A DNA stretch of 64,000 bases from positions 17,422,001 through 17,486,000 of the forward strand of contig NC_043003.1 in assembly GCF_006345805.1 (NCBI RefSeq), written 5' to 3'. Position numbers and translations under genes: made by a program. The notes under the pieces were generated by a model. The model saw nothing but the letters and a program-made list of their open reading frames with translations, was not told where the DNA came from and did no database searches. Positions 62,671 to 64,000 of this stretch are shown piece after piece; the stretch's first letter is position 1; each line of letters begins with the position of its first letter. Source of the DNA: Octopus sinensis. Taxonomy: Eukaryota.

Positions 62671-64000
62671 AACATTTTGTGGTATGAAATACTTGTAATT
62701 TATGACCATAGTGTTACGTTATTAGTTGATCATTATATGAAATACTTTGCAGAATTTATATTTTGGCCCTTTACATTTTGAGTTCAAATCCTGTTAGGGT
62801 CAACTTTGTCATTTACCTCTTGTACCAGTCAAGTACTATTATCAAGACTACTCCTGAAGTTTCCAAGACATCTTCAAGAATTAATTGTTCAACATTTTCT
62901 CATTAATATCTCACTGAGTCTTGGGGTCTATCTTACATGTTACTTGGAGACCTCACTAGTGCTGATGCCCTTAAAAAAAAAGACTTTCAGTAGACTCTGC
63001 AGTGGCTGGCATAAGGAATGGCATGCAGCCATAGAAACCCTACCACAGCTCACATTGGAACTTGATGCAATCCTCTAGCAAGTCAGTTCCTGTTATGCCA
63101 GCATGGAAAACAGATGTTAAAGGATGACTATGATGAGGGTAGTGGTGGCAGTGGAGATGGTGCTGGTGGTGCTGGTGGTGCTGGTGATGATGATGATGAT
63201 GATAAAATATTTTCTTGTCTCCGATATGAATGGTTTTATTCATGTAAAATTTTTCAGACATATATTTTTGTTTTGTTTTTTCTTATGCCAGACACTCATT
63301 CATAAATGTTGGACAGAAAATTTGTACATAGAAAAATCACATGTAGTTTCGACTGTTCTTGTTTATAAAAGCAGAAAAATACAAACCCCAAAAAATAATA
63401 TAGTGTAAAAACAGTTGGTACAGTTGGTTATAATTGAAAGACTAGCAGTGGAGGCAGAGTTTATAATTAGATAAACACAAATGTGGTGACAAAATATTAA
63501 CAATTGAATGGAGTTGGTATGATTCATTTAAGTTTACTTTGACCAAGGAAGTGTGTAAATATATTTTGCAGACCACAGCAGAGTAAGTAAATCATAGAAT
63601 ATAATAATAAATAAATAACGTAGATAATTAACTTTTATTTTTTTTTTATCTTTTTGTGATTTTTTTTTTTTTTTGAGTAAGTGGAAGGATATTTTTTAAA
63701 GTTCATGGTGAGAGAAAAAAATGGCTTACTATTCTATTTAGTTTGGAAGACAACCTAGAATCTGAAAGGAAACAGCATTGAGAAATAATGACATCAACAA
63801 ATATACGAACTGAAAATTGAAATTATATTATCCCGCCCGTGCTAGCATAGAAAACAGACATTAAATGATGATGATGATGATGATGATGATGATAATGATG
63901 AGGAAATGAAATAACTATGTGATTTTCACTGAGAAAAATAAATCATAGCAATCTAATAAAGAACTTGTATTTGGATAAGTCCATTGTTATAAGTCCATAG

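Overview
This is a very AT-rich, repeat-dense animal genomic window. It is probably a cephalopod (octopus-like), inferred from the mollusc-type twitchin and the SINE and microsatellite repertoire. Positions ~3.9-32 kb hold the last 14 exons of a + strand twitchin (unc-22-type giant muscle kinase) gene. Spliced by hand through GT-AG junctions, they give 1968 nt (655 aa + stop): the kinase autoinhibitory tail, five Ig domains and two low-complexity linkers. Exon 7 can splice onward or read through to a nearby stop, which suggests a short isoform ending after two Ig domains. One clear minus-strand exon at 59909-60018 encodes the GKGxMxTYWL motif of a nucleotide (probably guanylyl) cyclase, convergent with twitchin. 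The rest is SINEs of at least six families, piggyBac-like MITEs, a deleted mariner, a Chapaev3-like transposase relic, a solo LTR, a Helitron-like element, LINE fragments (RTE, CR1, R4-like, HERO-like), a Penelope GIY-YIG relic and many microsatellites. The most unexpected signal is a set of minimal type I hammerhead ribozyme motifs on the minus strand (17929-18002, 33636-33721, 60955-61015, plus decayed relics). They sit in or near microsatellite-anchored, Penelope-like elements, alongside several near-perfect foldback palindromes. All calls were made by eye with no database searches, and repeat boundaries are approximate. Exon numbers are window-relative.
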